From positions 5,208,001 to 5,272,000 of the forward strand of contig CM114271.1 in the NCBI GenBank assembly GCA_050084515.1: a DNA stretch of 64,000 nucleotides. Direction: 5' to 3'. The notes beneath the pieces were generated by a model. That model searched no databases. It was not told the DNA's origin and saw only the letters and a program-made list of their open reading frames with translations. The stretch comes from Blasia pusilla (taxonomy: Eukaryota). Shown here one piece after another: positions 58,318-64,000 of the stretch. The position numbers and the translations under genes were made by a program. The first letter of the stretch is position 1. Each line of letters starts with the position of its first letter.

Positions 58318-58684
58318 GAAATCCGTGAAAGACCTACTGTCATAAAACACGTATACAATCACATAAAATCGAGCCAAACCCACTCCAGGATGGGAGAATC
58401 TAGGTCGAAGCTTGCGGGAAACACCATAGCCAAGAGCTCTACTCACTACCAAGGCTAACTCCCAACGCAACTGGCTCAACTCAAAGAACTGAAATTTCTT
58501 TGAGTGCACTCCACCTTATATCCTCCAACCTAAGAGCGGGCCCTACTGGGAAAGTTACCCCCAACTGAGTAACCCCCAACCCTATGTATGAAACCGCATC
58601 TCTACCAAGCCACTACGGTCCTACATAAGGAATGGCCTCTACTAGCACACTATACTCTACGACATAATCCGTATGGTCATGACA
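58318..58684 (-). repeat. Repeat A1 (5' terminal repeat) of element C, with TATA box and predicted TSS
   Basis: Matches A2 (49005-49357) apart from a short indel and substitutions. TATAA at 58520-58516, with a TCAGT initiator-like site ~29 nt downstream (58491). Confidence 0.88.
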
Positions 58685-58688
58685 GGTG

Positions 58689-61600
58689 TTGCGGAGGGCA
58701 TATGCAAGAGTGGAGCGCCCCTATGATTTGTTGGTGGATTCTATATTGGATTCGGGCCGTCGATCAGAGGCAATGAGGCTAGATGATCGACCGCCATTGA
58801 CTGTGGTCAAGAGGATTGGTAGGCCACGGGCAGCCTTTCCCACATTGATGAGTTTTCCCGCTTCCTATGCATTCAAGGAGGCCGGACGTGGCTTGGTTTG
58901 GGATGACCAAGTACATAGGTTTGTGGAGCCCAACACTGATGAGCAAGAGTGAGCGATGGGATTCCCCACAGGAGTGATGGCAGTACCGTCACTATCAAAG
59001 GTATCACGAAGTCATGTCTTGGGTTAGGCGATGGACCTGAACTGCTTGACATAGATTTTGAGCTTAGTAGTAGTTGAGCAACATCGTTTGAGGATGCGAC
59101 AGATCACAGCTATTGCGTTGGTGAGCCCCATGCCTACCGAGATGGTTGAGGCAATGGCTGGGGGCGAGACCCGAGGAGATCGACACACCAAGGATGATCG
59201 AGAGAGACACCCTTAGACTTCTTGGGATGTTTTGCAGGTACGCCAGGAGAAGATAGCCACAAGATTGAGCGTGGTTCCGGGTACCGCATATGGATATGAG
59301 AGTTCTATTGTCCGAGACGGGGTTGCACCATAGCAACCACCGACATCCGCGCCGGAGAGCCCTACTGTAGTCACGATGGAGACTTGGGAGTCAGATATGG
59401 GCCCTAAGTTGACAAGAGGAGAGCGGCGTCGGATATACTGGTTCCTTAGGAGTTATAGGAGTTGTTTTGCATTTAGTATCCATGATTTGGACATGCTGAA
59501 GGATCCAAGGATCCGCATTGAGTTTTCGAGTGACACGTCGATCTTTCGACAACCCTATAGGTACAGTGACATGGAGAGGGCTCTGATTCAAAGTAGGAGC
59601 CATGACTTGGTTGGAGCAAGACTAGTGGAGATGTTGCAAGGAGAGTATGCATCTGCCACTGTCATGCCCGCGAAGAAGGATGTGCATGGCAACTAGACGG
59701 ATAGGCGGATGTGTGGAGATTACTGACCTTTCAATCGGCAGATGAAGTCCGATAGGTATGCCATGCCCACCCTTGAGGAGATCTTTGATGCGATTGGGCA
59801 TGCAAAGATCTTCGGTTCATTGGATTTGCGAGCCGGATACCATCAGCTGCCTATCAGATTGGAGGACAAGCAAAAGACGGCATTTTGGGGCATCGATCCT
59901 CACGGAAAGGATTGTTTGTACCAGTGACGGTTCTTACCATTTGGGTTAAAGAACGCCCCGGCTGAGTTTCAGAGGATCATGGATACAATCTTGGCACGTC
60001 TAGATTTTTCTAGGTGTTAAATTGATGACATCGTAGTCCTTAGAACCACGATTGAGGAGCATGAGCGACATCTAGAGGTGGTGTTTTGACGATTGCAGTT
60101 ACATGGGTTGAAGCTACATTCAGGCAAGTGCAAGTTCTTCTACGACCAGATTGAGTATCTGGGTCATATGAAATACCCAGGGGGCCTTGGTGTGCAGAAA
60201 ATGAAGGTAGAGGCTATTTCACGCATTCCACGCCCTATAGATGTGAGTCGAGTTAGTGCATTCATGGGATTGGCGAACTTCTATCAACGATACGTCAAGG
60301 GTTTTAGCTCGATTGCAAAGCTGTTGACCTTGTTGATCAAGGTGGATCAGGACTGCCACAGGGGGAATGAGCAAGAGAGAGCATTTCAGATGCTCAAGGA
60401 CACATTGATGTCCGCGCCCATATTGAGGAGACCGATCAGGGTGCGTCCTTTCCAATTGCATATCGATTGGAGCATATTAGGGCTTGGAGGCGTGCTCACC
60501 CAGCATGACGAAGATGATAGAGACAGATTGATGTCCGCGCCTATATTGAGGAGACCGATCAGGGGACGTCCTTTCTCATTGCATACATATTGGGGCTTGG
60601 AGCCGTGCTCACCCAGCATGACGATGATGGTAGAGAGTTCGTGGTGGCTTACGCTAGTCGCTCGAACAACGCTGTAGAGGCAAAGTATAGCTCGTATGAG
60701 GATGGGTGCTTGGTTTCGGTGTGGGTTGTCACACATTTCAATTGTTATCTATTCAGCAATCCCTTTACCATCATTGCTGATCATCAACCACTTAAGTGGT
60801 TGATGGAGTCCGACAAGCTTACAGAGAAGCTTGCGAGGTGGGCTCTTTTGTTGTAGGAGTATGAGTTCCAAGTGGTGCATAGACCTGGGACGCTCAACCA
60901 GGATGCAGATGGTTTGAGCCATAACCCATGCTCGAATCAGCGAGATGCGAGTGGAGCTCGTTGGCATGGTGAGAGTGATGAGAAGTTGGTGTCAGGATGG
61001 CATGCGTCAGCCTATTTGGGCTTGTTGGCTATGGAGAGCCAGATTGCTGAGACTTCTATGGCGAGGTCTGATGGAGAGTCCTTAGATCTAGAGGTCGGTG
61101 AGGAGACGACATGTGGCCGAGATATTCACGACGATGGAGTGGTCTTGGAGTACCTACGTACTGGTAGCGACGTGAGAACAGTGGATGCTAGAGAGCATGA
61201 TCGGATCCTACAACAAGCCAGACAGTTTCGATGGGAGGGGACACATGTGTTGCGAGTGTGGGAGGATGGTAGAGTGCATGTAGTGCCTCATCCTTCGCAG
61301 AGAGCACGTTTGGTGTGTCATGCCTATGAGGAGTTGGGTCATTTTGGAGTGAAGCGTACGTACAACTTGCTCCAGATTCAATATTGGTGGTGAGGCATGC
61401 AGAGTGACGTTCAGCAGTTTGTTGCCAGATGCATGGTATGTGATCGAGTCCGAGCATCGTTCAATGCTCCGACTCCACAGTTGCATCCAATTTTGATCAT
61501 GGATTTAGGTTATAGATGGAGTTTGGATTTTGCAAGACCTTTGCCTTTGACAGAGCGCCATAGTCATTATGTGTTGGTGCTGGTCGAGCACTTCTCAAAG

Positions 61601-62073
61601 TGGATAGAGTTGGTTGCATTGCCTGACAAAGCAAGTGAGGGAGTAGTGTATGCCTTCCTAGATCGAGTGCTGAGTCATTACGGCGCACCAACTGAGGTGT
61701 TGATAGACCAGGGTAGAGAGTTCCGCGGGGAGTTTCAAGCCTTGTGTGATCAGGCACTGATCAACCACCGCACTACTTCGCAAGATCATCCTGAGGCGGA
61801 TGGACTAGCGGAGCGGTTTGTGCAGACGTTGAAGAGAGGATTACGCAAGTGTGGATTGCAGAGAGGTCACCTAGGAGATTGGGACCTCCTGTTTGCGTGG
61901 TTGGCGATGGGATGCAGATTCAACAAGCAAGCATCCTTAGCGTCTTTCTCACCGTACTTGCTATTGTATGGCCGAGAGCCAAATTTACTTGCGGACATTC
62001 GTCGAGATGTTGGTGAGGTGTTGAACCTTGATGATCCTGACGTATAGATGCGACCATGTGTTCAGAGGGATGA
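58689..62073 (+). pseudogene. Second half of the element D pol: DNMT C-terminus, RT, RNase H, truncated integrase
   Basis: EPNTDEQE*AMGFPTG...HVLG*AMDLNCL; KSDRYAMPT; SLDLRAGYHQL; HAYEELGHFG; WSLDFARP; DGLAERFVQTLK. Contains a ~120-bp tandem duplication at 60404-60636. Confidence 0.9.
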
Positions 62074-63247
62074 TATCTTGTGTCCCGCCAAGAAATCTTC
62101 AAACATGCTAAGATTTCTTCATTGAATTGTTGAGGGTCCTCCTCATAGCTATGGGAGGAATAACTTCATTCCAAAACATATCATATGCAAAGTAAATACT
62201 TGATATTTTTCAATAAGATGTAGAATATCACAATGAGAGAAAGTGCCAAATTCTATATGCTTCCCTACTTAGCTTTTCTTTAGGAAGGGAATTTTAATGC
62301 TAATAATGATGTGTATGTTCACAAAAGAAATATGACCAAGACTTAGTTACTTGCTACTCATATCAAGGTGAATTGTATGCGTAAGTCATACTCCTATAAC
62401 TCTTTGTGGAGTTAGTTAGGGTTTGATATGATCATAGTGTTCACATTTAACCTTTTTGGCCTAGGGCTGAGGGGAAAGAGGTCACGTGTAAGTGATGCTC
62501 CAATGATCTTATAAATAGGTAATTAAACTTCCCGAACATATGCTAGGTAAGAATTTAGCCTCGAGGTTATACTTATTTATGAGTTCTTGTAAGAAGATTT
62601 TGAGTTTGCCATCGAGTGAGTTTGTTTCTATTATCCAAAAAAATTAGTCGAATTTCTATTGTGAATATGTGTCATGGTTTCAGTTTTGTGTTAATACATA
62701 TGTTGAAACACCCTCAAAAGAAACACTTAACTCTTCTCTACAACGGATAGCATGGAATCATCACCAAACTTGGATGACATGCCTTTAAGCAATGGATCAC
62801 AACCAACTTTGGAGGAGATTGTTATCCCCATCTATATTATTATGGTAGAAAGCCCCTTCATTTTGTAAATTCCTCTCCTCTCGACACTTTCAGCCAACAA
62901 GATTATTCATTTCTTAACCAATAAGATTGTTCAAAATTAACTTAAGATGAAAAAAAAACTAATTATAGAAGTCAACAAATAAAATCATTCAAAATTATTG
63001 TAAAATGACACTTGAAATCTATTTTTTTTTAAAACTACCCAAACAAAATTGCCCTAATCAAATGGGGCTTACGTACACTAGTACTCTTCAAACATAACCG
63101 ATCTAATTAAAACGTTTAAATATTCAATATTTAAACGTGGCAAATGCCACGTCTTCCTTATGTGAAGGAGGTACTCCCCACCCCATATTATTATCATGGC
63201 GCAAAAGTTTAAATTGTTCACAAAACCTTACTGCGCGCGTAGCGCAA

Positions 63248-63252
63248 TGACG

Positions 63253-63284
<32 letters not shown>

Positions 63285-63327
63285 TGGAGCCTAAATCCAG
63301 CGCCTTAGACCACTCGGCCAAACCGTC
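63248..63327 (-). tRNA. tRNA-Leu (anticodon UAG)
   Basis: GACGGTTTGGCCGAGTGGTCTAAGGCGCTGGATTTAGGCTCCAGTCCGAAAGGGCGTGGGTTCAAATCCCACAGCCGTCA: acceptor stem, D-loop, anticodon arm CTGGA-TTTAGGC-TCCAG, long variable arm, TTC loop. Confidence 0.96.
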
Positions 63328-64000
63328 TTGATGCCAACGGAAAGAATCTAGTACTATATATTTTAAAGACAGAATGAGGGTAATGTATGGGGAAGTGGAT
63401 CTGAATTTACTCAGTGAGCAGTAGGCGTTTGAAACGTGTTCGTACTGAGTGATTGAGAGAACAATGCCTGCTGTTCTACGTCCCGTTTTGCCAGGGCTTC
63501 CTTCAACAGTTTCAGTTCATCGTCCATCGCCACCATCCTTTCAGAGCATTCGGGAGCGGAGCAGGTGCTTGTGGGGTTACGGCGCATGCGTAGTATCTAT
63601 CCATCTTCTGTTGCAATATTCTGTTGAGGCGGAGAGGATCTTGCTTCTCTGCATCTGGGCTCAGGCTCTACTGAGCGCATTCATGGAGGCGACGCGAGTT
63701 TTCACTAGACTGCCTGCGACATGTGCTCACTGCTCACGTTTCTTGTGCTTTGCATTTGGTGCCATTGTACCTTGTTTACACTTTGGTAGAGAGAAAGTGC
63801 ATCAGATGAGGTCATCGCGTTCAGTTGATTCCCGGCGAGCCATGATTTCAACACGCAAGCTACATTGAGAAGACTTTTCTTCCGTCGCTTTTACTCCTGT
63901 TGGTTGGGATTACAAGACATCTTCCAGACCGGAAAGTAGATAGACAGATATGGATGCCTTCTTGTAAATATTCCTAAATGCGAAGCAAGTTAAGCATGTT

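Larger units (their letters stand above)
48898..58684 (-). mobile_element. Element C: full-length (~9.8 kb) DNMT-bearing Gypsy-like retrotransposon (subfamily 2) nested antisense in element D
   Basis: Termini TGTCATG...CACGACA on the minus strand. TSD GGTG at 48894-48897 and 58685-58688. Removing it restores the D frame (WTNLVPHKV|LRRAYARV). Confidence 0.95.
44660..62073 (+). mobile_element. Element D: DNMT-bearing Gypsy-like retrotransposon (subfamily 1), split by nested element C and 3'-truncated within integrase
   Basis: Starts tgtcac with repeat A1 (44660-45175). Then gag (~45600-46700, CDYCERYGH...C), protease VLLDSGAQ (~47540), DNMT (48326-48897 + 58689-59065), RT (~59400-60200), RNase H and integrase. 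Homology to B stops at ~62073. Confidence 0.92.

Noticed and set aside
48898-58684. Classification as a DIRS/Ngaro tyrosine-recombinase element because of the split repeats and a methyltransferase
   Set aside because: It encodes an aspartic protease and an HHCC-DDE integrase, has TG...CA ends and a 4-bp TSD, and no tyrosine recombinase was seen. The MTase has C5 (PC/ENV) motifs, not adenine-MTase motifs.

Overview
Repeat-rich eukaryotic nuclear DNA from a streptophyte plant, probably a non-seed plant (inferred from the plant-type TE families, an RLT-like homeobox gene and a plant-type tRNA-Leu). The window is dominated by four decayed copies, in two subfamilies, of an unusual Ty3/Gypsy-like retrotransposon: A 1-2344 (-), B 2345-6740 (+), D 44660-62073 (+), and C 48898-58684 (-), which is nested in D with a 4-bp GGTG target-site duplication. 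Their polyprotein reads Gag - protease - DNMT3-like C5 cytosine methyltransferase - RT - RNase H - DDE integrase - PHD finger. Their termini are not a normal LTR pair but a split-repeat layout, A-[coding]-PPT-B-A-B, seen in both subfamilies. This layout equals a 2-LTR circle opened at an internal CGACA/TGTCA site. Both subfamilies also show a Tf1-like self-priming signature instead of a tRNA primer-binding site. Other content: a decayed CRE-like RLE non-LTR element, a Helitron-like end, a CACTA remnant with a long (TC)n, an older Gypsy remnant, a possible NLR pseudogene, an RLT-like homeobox gene (3' exons unresolved) and tRNA-Leu(UAG). Regions 8.4-11.2 kb, 20-24 kb and 28-35 kb could not be assigned. 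All comparisons were made by eye; no searches were run.
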